Of a DNA stretch of 64,000 bases, positions 17,979-28,188 are shown piece after piece. Under the pieces are notes generated by a model, which made no database searches, was not told the DNA's origin, and worked only from the letters and a program-made list of their open reading frames with translations. Numbering within the stretch: the stretch's first letter is position 1; each line of letters starts with the position of its first letter. The DNA comes from an uncultured Flavobacteriaceae bacterium (GTDB lineage: Bacteria > Bacteroidota > Bacteroidia > Flavobacteriales > Flavobacteriaceae): positions 24,905 to 88,904 of the forward strand of contig CAWEQF010000006.1 of assembly GCA_963811195.1 (NCBI GenBank), read 5' to 3'. Position numbers and translations under genes: made by a program.

Positions 17979-18991
17979 AGACGACTTTTTCTGTGTTCAT
18001 ACCATGCAAGTCCCAGCACGAGGAAAGCACCTATCCCAATAAAAACAATGGCAATCCAGGTGTGGGATAGCGAAAAATCGGGAAAATAACGATCGTAGTT
18101 GTCCAGGATTTTATTACCATGGCTATCAAGTAAATAGTTACCCTGACTATTCATTTTAAAAATTTTTTCCTTCCATGGCCACACAGTTCCAAGTGAACCC
18201 GTAATAAACCCAATAATGGTAGCGTAGGCTTCCTTTTTATAATGCTTCAAAATGTATCCCAGCAAATGGGAGAGGATAACCATACCGGCCAGAGACCCCA
18301 GAGTAAAAACGGCCAAAACGCGTATTAAGCGCATTCTTTCCGGATCGTAAATAAACGAAAAATCCCAGGTTACTATATCTCCGACGGTGTTGTAAAGAGC
18401 ATTTACAGAATCTACCATCAGCAAAACGTAATTTCCCAGAAGGATAAGAATAAAAGATCCGGAGAATCCGGGCAATGTCATTCCCGAAACACCTATTATT
18501 CCGCAGAAAAATACAAACCAGAGGTTGTCGTTCTCTTTTGCCGGAGGGAGAAAGCTTATGGCTGCTCCTGCAATAATACCAATTATCATAAACATTAAGC
18601 TTCGGCGGGTCCAGTTATCAAAATCTTTGCTTATGTAATAAATGGAGCCAATGATCATGCCGAAGAACGTAGCCCACACAAAAAGCTCAAAATGATCCAG
18701 TAGAAAGTCTAATAATTTCGAGATACTGAAGTAACTGGTAACCATTCCCAGGATAAGAAGACCCAAAAACTTACCATTAACATAGGTGTACAGGCTTTTA
18801 AACCTGCCATTGATAAGGAGTAAAAATGCTTTACCGTTTATTTTTTGAAGTGAATAAATAAACTCTTCATAAAAATCTGCAACGAAGGCCACAACACCTC
18901 CGGAAACCCCAGGAACTTTATTTGCTGCTCCCATGGCTAAACCTTTTAGGACTAAAAGAAACTTGTCACTAAAGGTTCGTGTTCTCTGCAT
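17975..18991 (-). CDS. DUF368 membrane protein (undecaprenyl-phosphate translocase family)
   Basis: GLAMGAANKVPGVSGG, MTLPGFSGS, many TM segments. Confidence 0.85.
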   Translation of the reverse strand: MQRTRTFSDKFLLVLKGLAMGAANKVPGVSGGVVAFVADFYEEFIYSLQKINGKAFLLLINGRFKSLYTYVNGKFLGLLILGMVTSYFSISKLLDFLLDHFELFVWATFFGMIIGSIYYISKDFDNWTRRSLMFMIIGIIAGAAISFLPPAKENDNLWFVFFCGIIGVSGMTLPGFSGSFILILLGNYVLLMVDSVNALYNTVGDIVTWDFSFIYDPERMRLIRVLAVFTLGSLAGMVILSHLLGYILKHYKKEAYATIIGFITGSLGTVWPWKEKIFKMNSQGNYLLDSHGNKILDNYDRYFPDFSLSHTWIAIVFIGIGAFLVLGLAWYEHRKSRL

Positions 18992-19919
18992 TTTCGGTTA
19001 AGGGTTTTTGGGTTGCGAAATATTCTAAGGTAAGAATTAAAAGGAATCCTGCCAGCATTAAAAAAAGTGAAATTAGCAAATGAGGATCTCCTTCATAATT
19101 TCCCGGTAAAACGGTCGCTTCTCTGGTAACAATTACTTTATCCTTAAAATGTACGCTTTCAAGGACTTCTTTCCATGGCCATATTTTTTTTAAGGAACCG
19201 GCAATAAATCCGGTAAGAATGGCTAAAGTTATATTGCTGTAATTATCAAAAAGCCATTTTAGAATTTTTGAAAAAGATAAAAGGCCAACAGCAGCGCCAA
19301 GTGCTAATATTCCCAGGGTTTGAAAATCGAAATTATGGGCGGCTTCCGTCACGGTTTTGTAAGCCCCTAAAAGTACAAGGATGAAAGCTCCTGAGATGCC
19401 CGGTAAGATCATGGCGCAAATAGCCAGAGCTCCCGCAAAAAAAAAGAACCATTTATTATGAACCGCGGCTCCTAAAGGAGGTAAGGAAACGAGATAATAG
19501 GCAAGTGCTGCCCCAATTAACAAAGCAAGTATAATTTTAAGATTCCATTTAGGAATTTGCCGGGCTACAAACCAGACACTAGCTATAATTAACCCGAAGA
19601 AAAAAGACCAAATTAGAACGGGATGCGCTTCCAGTAAATAATTAGTGATTCGCATCAACGTAAAAATACTTATTAAAATTCCCGTGAGAAGGGCGATAAG
19701 GAAGGTCCCGTTAAATTGTTTCCACATCGCCTTAAAACCATCGGTTTTCCAGGTTTTAATTAATGACATATCTACCCCGCTTATTGTGGAAATAAGCTCC
19801 TGATATATTCCTGCGATAAAAGCGATAGTACCTCCGGAAACGCCGGGAACAACATCTGCAGCTCCCATGGCCATACCCTTAAGACTTATAATTAGGTAAT
19901 CTTTAAAATTTCGCGGCAT
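18969..19919 (-). CDS. DUF368 membrane protein (undecaprenyl-phosphate translocase family)
   Basis: GMAMGAADVVPGVSGGTIA, AMILPGISG, KIWPWK. Confidence 0.88.
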   Translation of the reverse strand: MPRNFKDYLIISLKGMAMGAADVVPGVSGGTIAFIAGIYQELISTISGVDMSLIKTWKTDGFKAMWKQFNGTFLIALLTGILISIFTLMRITNYLLEAHPVLIWSFFFGLIIASVWFVARQIPKWNLKIILALLIGAALAYYLVSLPPLGAAVHNKWFFFFAGALAICAMILPGISGAFILVLLGAYKTVTEAAHNFDFQTLGILALGAAVGLLSFSKILKWLFDNYSNITLAILTGFIAGSLKKIWPWKEVLESVHFKDKVIVTREATVLPGNYEGDPHLLISLFLMLAGFLLILTLEYFATQKPLTENAENTNL

Positions 19920-19941
19920 TCCTGAAATAGATTAATGCTGC

Positions 19942-19949
19942 CAAAGATA
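19942..19949 (-). promoter_or_regulatory. Sigma-A -7 element (TATCTTTG)
   Basis: 22 nt upstream of the DUF368 ATG. Confidence 0.55.
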
Positions 19950-19955
19950 ATAATA

Positions 19956-21353
19956 TCAGGATGCTTTTAGATAAGAATTAATAATTTCCTTAACACTTTT
20001 TCTGCTAAATATTTTTGGAAATAATTCTTCAATTATTATGTAATACTCAGCATCTATTTTTAAGCCGTTATTTAGGTGAAAATAGCCTTTATCCCCTTCA
20101 TTTAAGCTGAAAAAAAGTCCGGCAAGTCGATATTCTATTTCTGCGGTTTCAGGATAAAATTCTAATGCCTGCATTAAATTTTGTATAGCCGTCTCATATT
20201 CGCCTAATCCTATAAGGAGATCACAACGTTTCACCCAGGTTTCCAGCTCGTAATTTCCAAGTTCAATCGTTTTTTGGTAGCCTTTTTCAGCTTCTTCGAA
20301 TTTGGAGAGGCGAGTGTTTATTTTGGCGTAACGTTTCCAGTAAAGCACATTCTCCTCATCTATATTAATCGCTTTATTGATATAATATAGGGCCTTTTGA
20401 AAATTGTTTCTTTTGTAATAAAAATCGGTTATGGCAATCCAGCCTTTATCTAAAAGAGGATCTTCGTGTACGGTTTTTGAATAATGCTCCAGAGCCAGTT
20501 CTTCGGCTCCCAATTTTTCAAAACATTTTCCCATTCTTAAGTATGCGAAGGAAGTAGGGTCATCTAATTCTAAAGTAATCCTGTAATTTTCAATCGCTTC
20601 ATTATATTTCCCCATTTTTTCCAGGACTTTTCCTTTTTCGAAATAGGCGCCTATAAAATACTCGTCGCTTATAATGGCAAAGTCGAAAGCGGCAAGGGCT
20701 TTGTCCAATTCCTTTAAATCGAAATATTGTTTACCCACCTGATGCCAGGCAACTTCGCAATATGGATTTTTATTAAGAAACATATTTAGATATTCGATAG
20801 CTTCAGTTTTCTGTTCCAAAAAATCAAAACAGTACATCACATTATAAAGAGCCGAATAATCTTCTTCATCTGCCTCCAGACATTTCATAAAGCTGTATTT
20901 GGCATTTTCAAAATCCTCCATAAATAGATATTCCATTCCTAACAGGGAATAGACATCAGCTTCATCGGCTGTGATATCCAGAGCCTTTTCAAGCATTTTT
21001 ATGGCTTGGGAATGCTTGTCTCTTTTAGAAAAAATATTTGCTTTCTGGATATAGATTTCTTCATTAGAAGCCTCCAGCATGTGAAGTTCGTTTAAAATTC
21101 TATCTGCAAGATCCAGTTTATCTTCAAAAACAAGAATCTCTACCTTAAAAAGCTTAAGGTTGGTAGAAGTTGGATGTTGATTTAGCCCGAGTTTTATCGC
21201 TTTTTTAGCAAGGGCAAATTTTCCATTCTCTAGGTAATGTTGAATAATGTCTTCGAATTCTTCAGAATCGAAGAATAACACATCATTGGTTTTCAGCATA
21301 GATTCGAAGCGGGAGAGTGAGAAATTGTTTTCTTCGTTATGACTTAATTGCAT
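19956..21353 (-). CDS. Tetratricopeptide repeat protein
   Basis: Many TPR units; N-terminus LSRFESMLKTNDVLFFDSEEFE; likely start at ATG 21353. Confidence 0.88.
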   Translation of the reverse strand: MQLSHNEENNFSLSRFESMLKTNDVLFFDSEEFEDIIQHYLENGKFALAKKAIKLGLNQHPTSTNLKLFKVEILVFEDKLDLADRILNELHMLEASNEEIYIQKANIFSKRDKHSQAIKMLEKALDITADEADVYSLLGMEYLFMEDFENAKYSFMKCLEADEEDYSALYNVMYCFDFLEQKTEAIEYLNMFLNKNPYCEVAWHQVGKQYFDLKELDKALAAFDFAIISDEYFIGAYFEKGKVLEKMGKYNEAIENYRITLELDDPTSFAYLRMGKCFEKLGAEELALEHYSKTVHEDPLLDKGWIAITDFYYKRNNFQKALYYINKAINIDEENVLYWKRYAKINTRLSKFEEAEKGYQKTIELGNYELETWVKRCDLLIGLGEYETAIQNLMQALEFYPETAEIEYRLAGLFFSLNEGDKGYFHLNNGLKIDAEYYIIIEELFPKIFSRKSVKEIINSYLKAS

Positions 21354-21453
21354 ACACTGGGGATTACGGGATTTCTTCAGTCTTAAAGTTAAACAGCTTA
21401 ATCTAAAAACTTCGAGGAGCTTTAAGATTGTTTTTAACAAAGTAATGAACAGC

Positions 21454-22641
21454 TTAGCCCGTTGATTTTATTTCATTTAAAGTGTCAATAATAATGCCAC
21501 ATCCTTCTTTTATTTCGTCTTCTGTAATTGTTAGAGGCGGGGTGATTCTCACGGCTCTTTTCTCGAATAAAAGCCAGAATAGTATCAATCCTTTTTCCTG
21601 ACATCTTAAAATTATTTCCGTGGCGATATCTTCTGAAGGAGTTATTAGGGCCAGCATTAACCCTTTTCCACGAATTTCGGAAATTAAATGATGCGAAAGT
21701 AATTTTCTTATTAACAATTCTTTATGAAGGGCGGCTGCCATAAGGTCAGTTTCCAATAATTCACTTAGAGTCGCTAATGCCGCGGCTGCTATGAGAGGGT
21801 TTCCTCCAAAAGTGGTGATATGGCCAAGTTTTGGATTATCCATTAACAAATCCATAACTTTCGTGGAGGCGGTAAAAGCGCCAACCGGCAAACCACCGGC
21901 CATTCCTTTACCCATCACCAGGATATCTGGTATTACTTTATAATTCTGAAATCCAAAAAGTTTCCCTGTTCTTCCAAATCCGGGTTGGATTTCATCTAAT
22001 ATCAACAAGGCGCCTACTTCCTGGCAGCGGGCTTTCACTTTTTCAAGATAATTGTCCCGCGGAACAATTATTCCCGCTCCTCCCTGAATGGTTTCAAGAA
22101 TAACAGCAGCTGTTTTAGAAGTAATTTTTAGCAGATCCTCGGTGCTATTAAAAGAAATAAAACCTATATCTCCTATTAAAGGGCGGAAAGGTTTTACCCT
22201 TTCTTCATAGCTCATAAGACTTAAAGATCCCATGGTATTACCATGATAAGCGTTTTTGGCAGCCAGGATCTCGCTTCTTCCTGTGGCTCTTCTGGCCAGT
22301 TTTAAGGCCCCTTCTATAGCTTCGGTTCCCGAATTAACCAGATAAGTTTTTTCAAGATCATCGGGAAGATTTTGCGCAAGCAGTTTGGTGAGTTCTACGG
22401 CAGGTCCCTGAGCGTATTCGCCATATACCATTACATGCAAATATTTATCTGCCTGCTCTTTAATGGCATTAATAATTCGTGGATGGCTATGGCCAAGACT
22501 GCATGCGGAAACTCCTGCTACAAAATCCAGATACTTTTTATGATCTTTAGAATAAATATAGCATCCTTTGGCGTGGGAAACTTCCATTCCCAAAGGATGC
22601 GGAGTTGTTTGCGCCTGATATTTTAAAAAATCTTCTTTCAA
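21454..22641 (-). CDS. Class III aminotransferase (acetylornithine aminotransferase-like)
   Basis: NSGTEAIEGALK, YHGNT, DEIQPGFGRTG, MGKGMAGG, TTFGGNP. Confidence 0.9.
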   Translation of the reverse strand: MKEDFLKYQAQTTPHPLGMEVSHAKGCYIYSKDHKKYLDFVAGVSACSLGHSHPRIINAIKEQADKYLHVMVYGEYAQGPAVELTKLLAQNLPDDLEKTYLVNSGTEAIEGALKLARRATGRSEILAAKNAYHGNTMGSLSLMSYEERVKPFRPLIGDIGFISFNSTEDLLKITSKTAAVILETIQGGAGIIVPRDNYLEKVKARCQEVGALLILDEIQPGFGRTGKLFGFQNYKVIPDILVMGKGMAGGLPVGAFTASTKVMDLLMDNPKLGHITTFGGNPLIAAAALATLSELLETDLMAAALHKELLIRKLLSHHLISEIRGKGLMLALITPSEDIATEIILRCQEKGLILFWLLFEKRAVRITPPLTITEDEIKEGCGIIIDTLNEIKSTG

Positions 22642-24416
22642 TTAATTACTGAGTCTTTAACTTTTTTATTCCTGCTCTGTATTGTATCCAGTACCGCCGG
22701 TTTTTCTACCTGTAAACTGTCAACTGGTTTTTTATCCTTTAGATCCCCGGGTTTTAAGCGGGAATTATCGTTTAGAAGCGGTTCTTTTTCATCTTGTTTG
22801 TCGAAGAAATCCTCGGGAGCTTCAGGTAAAGGAATCCCCTGTATTTTTGTGAGTTTTGGAGGGGGCTGCCCTGTAAACAGATCATCTTTTTTAGAAAGCT
22901 GTTCCTCTCCCCGCCAGTTAAATCCTTTTAGTTCACGCGCATTGGGTGGGAAATCTTCGGGAGGTGTAATGCTGCCGTCTACCTGTTTATAATAGTAGAT
23001 ATCCTGAATTTTTTGATCTTTAAAAAGTATGCGAATGGAACTCGACAGGGTTTTATCTATCCCGGTTAACTCGTTATCTTCATTTCGCATATAATATAAG
23101 GTCTCGGTATTTTTTAAAATATCAACCTGATATAGTTCATTATTCACAAATAATCCGGTAAGTTCTTTCCCTTTTATTTGATTATATCCTTCAATACTGT
23201 CTTTTTGAATAAGGAATGCATTGTCATAAACCAGGAGGGAATCCAGCTTACTTGTAGCGGTATCGCTTAAAATCCGGATAGTATCCCCTGTCATTTGATT
23301 ATTATTCCCGGACCAGATGACCGGACTTCTTCTCTTATCTACCGAAGTTAATGTGGCCTTATTTAAATTAATGAGCTTGGTAATCCCTTTTTTCTGATCT
23401 ACAAATACCGAATCACTTTTACCGCTCATGTCACTTTTGTATAGGCGAACGTCGTAAAACCCACGAATAATTCTGTTTTCTGGTTTTCCGGTAATCATTA
23501 AGGTATCACTGTGAATAAAGACTGAATCTTTATCCTGAAGAGTGGCTGCAACTGCTCGTTGGGTAATAAATACTGAATCTTTGGCCCGGTAAACTTCGGC
23601 ATAATGCCCCGTGATAAGAGTATTATTTAAAGTATCGATCACTCGAATATTATTGGTTCCCGATGCGAAACTATTATTCCGGTTAAAGTATAGACTGTCT
23701 CCTTCCAGAATCCTGTTGTCGTAATCTATTCTCGAATTCTTCACAAAATAACCTGTATCTCCGCGGGTATCGTAAAATCCGCGTTCACAATACACGGTAC
23801 TGGTTTCACTTTTAATGGTGGAAGGCCCATATAAAAAAGCATTCCCGCTTTTGGAATAAAAATCCAGTTGATTGGAATGGATTACATATTTGGGATTGGT
23901 AACTACAACATTGGATACAAAAGAATACTGGTCGTTTTCAAGATAATATCTCCCAATATCGCTTTTTAAAACACTGGCGGTATCGCGAACAGTCCCGCCG
24001 CTACGGTAGTAGGCCTGCTGTTTTTTACGATTAAAGAAGAGGGTATCGGTTTGCAGGGAAGTCTTCGGGCTGGTCATATTTACATTGCCACTGGCAAAAG
24101 CAAATTGGGTATCACCATTGTATTCTGCATAATTGCTTTGCATTTGCAGAGTATCACCCTGCTGCATCCTAACATTGCCATAGGCTTTAAAAAAATTATC
24201 CTTTTGGTAAAAAACTGCATTATCACACCATACCTCTATCCCTTCATGATTAAAATACACTTGCTTATTTATTCCGCTTAAAATAACGGCTCCTGGATAT
24301 TTTTCTTCATTAATAATCTGGCGTTCGCTTTGGTAATCGATTTTTTTTACTTCCTGAGAAAAAATAACAGAAGTAAATAAGAGGAAAAAGAGAGAAAGTA
24401 TGTTAGGATTCTTCAA
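22638..24416 (-). CDS. OstA-like (LptA/LptD N-terminal beta-jellyroll) exported protein
   Basis: Signal peptide; WCDNA, AYGNVRMQQGDT, AFASGNV, repeated beta-strand pattern; TTG start; TACTTTTG promoter element at 24433-24440. Confidence 0.78.
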   Translation of the reverse strand: MKNPNILSLFFLLFTSVIFSQEVKKIDYQSERQIINEEKYPGAVILSGINKQVYFNHEGIEVWCDNAVFYQKDNFFKAYGNVRMQQGDTLQMQSNYAEYNGDTQFAFASGNVNMTSPKTSLQTDTLFFNRKKQQAYYRSGGTVRDTASVLKSDIGRYYLENDQYSFVSNVVVTNPKYVIHSNQLDFYSKSGNAFLYGPSTIKSETSTVYCERGFYDTRGDTGYFVKNSRIDYDNRILEGDSLYFNRNNSFASGTNNIRVIDTLNNTLITGHYAEVYRAKDSVFITQRAVAATLQDKDSVFIHSDTLMITGKPENRIIRGFYDVRLYKSDMSGKSDSVFVDQKKGITKLINLNKATLTSVDKRRSPVIWSGNNNQMTGDTIRILSDTATSKLDSLLVYDNAFLIQKDSIEGYNQIKGKELTGLFVNNELYQVDILKNTETLYYMRNEDNELTGIDKTLSSSIRILFKDQKIQDIYYYKQVDGSITPPEDFPPNARELKGFNWRGEEQLSKKDDLFTGQPPPKLTKIQGIPLPEAPEDFFDKQDEKEPLLNDNSRLKPGDLKDKKPVDSLQVEKPAVLDTIQSRNKKVKDSVIN

Positions 24417-24637
24417 GGCTTTGATTTTATATCAAAAGTAATCATTAATAATTTTCTTTCCTTCTAAAAATTCAATCGCCAATAACTGTTATCGCCTTGC
24501 CAAATTTTGCTAAACTTTTCTAAAATTTTAAGTTTTACAGCATATTATAAACGGTTTTGGCAAAAAATTAACGTTTGTTCCAAATCCACAGCACTTTTAG
24601 CAACGTAAGTTTAGTTGTAATCTAAAAAACAATTATT

Positions 24638-25435
24638 ATGAAAAAACCCACAGTAAAAGTAGAGTTCTTGGATGATCCTTCTCAAAATTCACAAGTTAAT
24701 TCCAACTCGCGAAGGAGATTTATTAAGTTAGGTGGACTGGCAATGGCCGGATCTGCAGTGTTATATGGTTGTTCTGATGATACTTTCGATCCCGCTCATA
24801 TGGATAAAACTCCGCCTCCGGTAACCCCTCCCGAACAAACTGTTTTTGATTTAGGAAGTGGAGATTTAGGGATTTTAAATTATGCCTATGCATTAGAACA
24901 GCTAGAAGCCGCCTTTTATGTAAAAGTTCTGGCCGGTGCTTATTTTGACAGTGCTCCAGCAAATGAAAAGGAAATTTTTACCGATTTAAGAAACCATGAG
25001 GAAATTCACCGCGCGTTCTTTAGTACTGCAATTGGAGCGGCAGTTGGGGATAATACCGATGCCAAACTTCCCGATCTCGAATTCGATTTGAGTGCGGTAG
25101 ATTTTGATAGCAGAGATTCTGTTCTTCAATATGCCCAAATATTAGAAGATACAGGAGTCGCCGCTTATAACGGTGCCGGAGATCTTATTTCTGATGCCGG
25201 ATATCTTTTAATTGCCGGTAAGATTGTGTCTGTAGAAGCACGTCATGCTTCGGCTATTCGTAATTTAATTCAACCGGGTACAGCCAATTTTGCTGCAGAT
25301 GATGTATTGGTAGATCTTGGTGGATCTGGAGTAGCCTATGATAAAGCTACACCGCCAGCAGATATCCTTGCCGCTGTAGGAGATACCGGTTTTATAACCA
25401 CAGAATTTACGGCCGACAACCTGCCTAGTGCATAA
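24638..25435 (+). CDS. Ferritin-like domain protein, predicted Tat-exported lipoprotein
   Basis: SRRRFIK, hydrophobic stretch, LYGC; ligands ALEQLE, HEEIH, LEDTG, VEARH. Confidence 0.85.
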   Translation: MKKPTVKVEFLDDPSQNSQVNSNSRRRFIKLGGLAMAGSAVLYGCSDDTFDPAHMDKTPPPVTPPEQTVFDLGSGDLGILNYAYALEQLEAAFYVKVLAGAYFDSAPANEKEIFTDLRNHEEIHRAFFSTAIGAAVGDNTDAKLPDLEFDLSAVDFDSRDSVLQYAQILEDTGVAAYNGAGDLISDAGYLLIAGKIVSVEARHASAIRNLIQPGTANFAADDVLVDLGGSGVAYDKATPPADILAAVGDTGFITTEFTADNLPSA

Positions 25436-25466
25436 TTAAAATTTATCAACTTAAAAATACGACATT

Positions 25467-26273
25467 ATGAATTTTTCAAAAATATTAGAAACTCTCTCAG
25501 ATAAAGAACTTTTAAATGCTAAAGGTTCCAGAAGAGACTCCTTTAACCAGTTTAAAAGCGTGGGAAAAAATATCGCGCTCGCCTCTATTCCCTTTGGTCT
25601 TGCAGCCATGAATAATAAAACCAAAGCTGCTACCATGTCTATGGCCGCTGCTTCTATGCAGGCTTCGCCTACAGAGGTTTTGAATTTTGCTCTTACCCTG
25701 GAGTATTTGGAACGGGATTTTTACAGAATGGGATTAGATTCTTCAGGATTGATTCCTGCAGATGATCAGGCTGTTTTCGCGCAAATTTCTAAACACGAAG
25801 ATGCTCACGTAGCATTTTTAGTTGCGGCTTTAGGAGCAGATGCCATTGATGAACCTACTTTCGATTTTACTGCCGGTGGTAATTTCGATCCTTTTAATGA
25901 CTATCCAACTTTTATGGCAATGTCCCAGGGATTTGAAGATACCGGGGTTCGCGCCTATAAAGGACAGGCCGGTGCACTAATAGATAATAATGATCTTTTA
26001 ACCTACGCGCTACAAATTCACTCTGTAGAAGCAAGACATGCTTCTCAGGTAAGAAGAATGCGGGGAGAAAAAGGATGGATCACTCAGGATAATACCACTT
26101 TACCCGATGCTTTTTCTGCGATTTATGCAGGTGAAGACAACACCGTACAAGGTGGTGTGGATCTTGCAGGAATGTTTCCCGATTATGGTGGAGATGACGC
26201 TGTAACTGAAGCATTTGACGAACCTTTAACTATGGAAGAGGTGAATGCTATTGCCAGTTTATTTCTGGGATAG
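25467..26273 (+). CDS. Ferritin-like domain protein (desiccation-related protein-like)
   Basis: LNFALTLEYLE, HEDAH, FEDTG, VEARH; SRRDSF near the N-terminus. Confidence 0.85.
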   Translation: MNFSKILETLSDKELLNAKGSRRDSFNQFKSVGKNIALASIPFGLAAMNNKTKAATMSMAAASMQASPTEVLNFALTLEYLERDFYRMGLDSSGLIPADDQAVFAQISKHEDAHVAFLVAALGADAIDEPTFDFTAGGNFDPFNDYPTFMAMSQGFEDTGVRAYKGQAGALIDNNDLLTYALQIHSVEARHASQVRRMRGEKGWITQDNTTLPDAFSAIYAGEDNTVQGGVDLAGMFPDYGGDDAVTEAFDEPLTMEEVNAIASLFLG

Positions 26274-26297
26274 ACTTCATGTTAACACCGAAGTTTG

Positions 26298-26328
26298 AAA
26301 AGCTTCCCTTATATGGGAAGCTTTTTTT
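26298..26328. terminator. Intrinsic (probably bidirectional) terminator
   Basis: AAAAGCTTCCC-ttatat-GGGAAGCTTTTTTT between convergent genes. Confidence 0.85.
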
Positions 26329-26405
26329 ATGAAAAATAACAGCCACAATCCACGAATATAAATTAAACATATTCGCTGAATTATGGCTTAATTTTTTTTA
26401 CTGAA

Positions 26406-27692
26406 TTACGATAAATCCGAATTGCGATGAATGGTTTGCTTTCTATCGGGCCCGACAGAAATCACCGAAATCGGCACCTGTAATTCTTCTTCCAGAAAAC
26501 CAATATATTCGTTAAGCGCTTTCGGAAATTGTGAAGCATCTGTCATTTTGGTAAGATCTTCTTTCCAGCCTTTAAATTCGGTATAGATAGGAGTTACATT
26601 TTCTGCTTCAATATTAAAGGGAAAGTGTTTTATTTCTTCTCCTTTATAATTATAGGCGGTACAAATTTTTAAGGTTTTAAATCCGCTTAACACATCGCCT
26701 TTCATCATTATGAGCTGAGTAATTCCGTTGATTTCGACGGCATAGCGCAAGGCCACCAAATCCAGCCATCCGCAGCGTCGTGGACGTCCTGTGGTGGCAC
26801 CAAATTCGTTACCTACTTTGCTCATTGTTTTTCCATCTTCATCAAAAAGTTCGGTAGGGAAGGGGCCACTCCCAACCCGGGTGGTATAGGCTTTAAAAAT
26901 CCCGAAGGCATCTCCAATTTTATTAGGAGCCACCCCTAATCCGGTACAGGCTCCGGCCGCAGTGGTGTTAGAGGAGGTTACATACGGATACGTACCAAAA
27001 TCTATATCCAAAAGTGAACCCTGTGCTCCTTCGGCTAAAACCGTTTTACCTTCTGCCTGTGCATTATGAAGAAATACCTCACTATCAATAAATTTAAGGG
27101 ATCTTAAAACTTTTATTGCTTTAAAGAATTCTTCTTCTAATTCGGCTAAATTATACTGGATATCTACATTATAAAAACCTATAAGGTCTTCATGCTTATC
27201 GGCAAGAGCGCGATATTTTTCTTTCCAGTCATCCATTTCAAGGTCCCCAATTCTTAACCCGTTTCTCCCAGTCTTATCCATATAAGTAGGGCCAATTCCT
27301 TTAAGGGTGGACCCTATTTTGGCTTTGCCTTTAGAAGCTTCAGAAGCTGCATCCAGCAGGCGATGGGTAGGCAGAATTAAATGTGCTTTACGTGAAATAA
27401 GCAGTTTAGATTTATATTCTATCCCGTGTTTTTCCAGATTATCAAGTTCTTTTTTGAAGATAACAGGGTCGATCACCACCCCGTTCCCAACAAGGTTTAA
27501 GGTGTTATCGTGAAAAATTCCTGAAGGAATAGTATGAAGTACATGTTTTTGCCCGTCGAATTCTAAGGTGTGTCCCGCGTTTGGGCCACCCTGGAACCGG
27601 GCGATAATATCATATTTTTCGGTGAAAACGTCTACAATCTTTCCTTTTCCCTCGTCACCCCATTGAAGTCCGAGTAGTAAATCTACTGCCAT
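26406..27692 (-). CDS. purA: Adenylosuccinate synthetase
   Basis: QWGDEGKGK, GGPNAGHT, EGAQG, GATTGRPRRCGW. Confidence 0.98.
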   Translation of the reverse strand: MAVDLLLGLQWGDEGKGKIVDVFTEKYDIIARFQGGPNAGHTLEFDGQKHVLHTIPSGIFHDNTLNLVGNGVVIDPVIFKKELDNLEKHGIEYKSKLLISRKAHLILPTHRLLDAASEASKGKAKIGSTLKGIGPTYMDKTGRNGLRIGDLEMDDWKEKYRALADKHEDLIGFYNVDIQYNLAELEEEFFKAIKVLRSLKFIDSEVFLHNAQAEGKTVLAEGAQGSLLDIDFGTYPYVTSSNTTAAGACTGLGVAPNKIGDAFGIFKAYTTRVGSGPFPTELFDEDGKTMSKVGNEFGATTGRPRRCGWLDLVALRYAVEINGITQLIMMKGDVLSGFKTLKICTAYNYKGEEIKHFPFNIEAENVTPIYTEFKGWKEDLTKMTDASQFPKALNEYIGFLEEELQVPISVISVGPDRKQTIHRNSDLS

Positions 27693-27698
27693 AAATAG

Positions 27699-28160
27699 TT
27701 AATTAGTAGGTTGCTTTTTAGTGCCGTAAAAGTATAAAGAATGTTTAGAAACATCAATATTAAATACTTCTTCAATTGTTTGTTTTATACTTTGGATTCT
27801 TGGATCACAGAATTCAATAACTTCGCCGGTATCGGTAAGAATTATATGATCATGTTGCCGATCAAAATACGATTTTTCATATTGCGATTGGTTTTGCTGG
27901 CCGAACTGATGTTTTCTTACCAGGCCACATTCAAGTAAAAGCTCTATGGTATTGTACAAGGTGGCACGGCTTACACGATATTTTTTATTCTTCATTTTAA
28001 TATAGAGTGATTCTATATCAAAATGATCTTCATTATTATAAATTTCCTGAAGTATGGCAAAACGCTCTGGAGTTTTGCGATGTCCTTTTTCCTCTAAAAA
28101 CTTGGTAAAGACATTCTTAACTACCGCCTGATCGTTTTTATTTACTACTTTTTTACTCAT
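27699..28160 (-). CDS. fur: Fur-family transcriptional regulator
   Basis: [29 protein letters not shown]; ATG at 28160. Confidence 0.9.
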   Translation of the reverse strand: MSKKVVNKNDQAVVKNVFTKFLEEKGHRKTPERFAILQEIYNNEDHFDIESLYIKMKNKKYRVSRATLYNTIELLLECGLVRKHQFGQQNQSQYEKSYFDRQHDHIILTDTGEVIEFCDPRIQSIKQTIEEVFNIDVSKHSLYFYGTKKQPTN

Positions 28161-28175
28161 AATCTTAAATCCTTG

Positions 28176-28183
28176 CAAAGGTA
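28176..28183 (-). promoter_or_regulatory. Sigma-A -7 element (TACCTTTG) for fur-purA
   Basis: 15 nt upstream of the fur ATG. Confidence 0.55.
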
Positions 28184-28188
28184 TAGGT

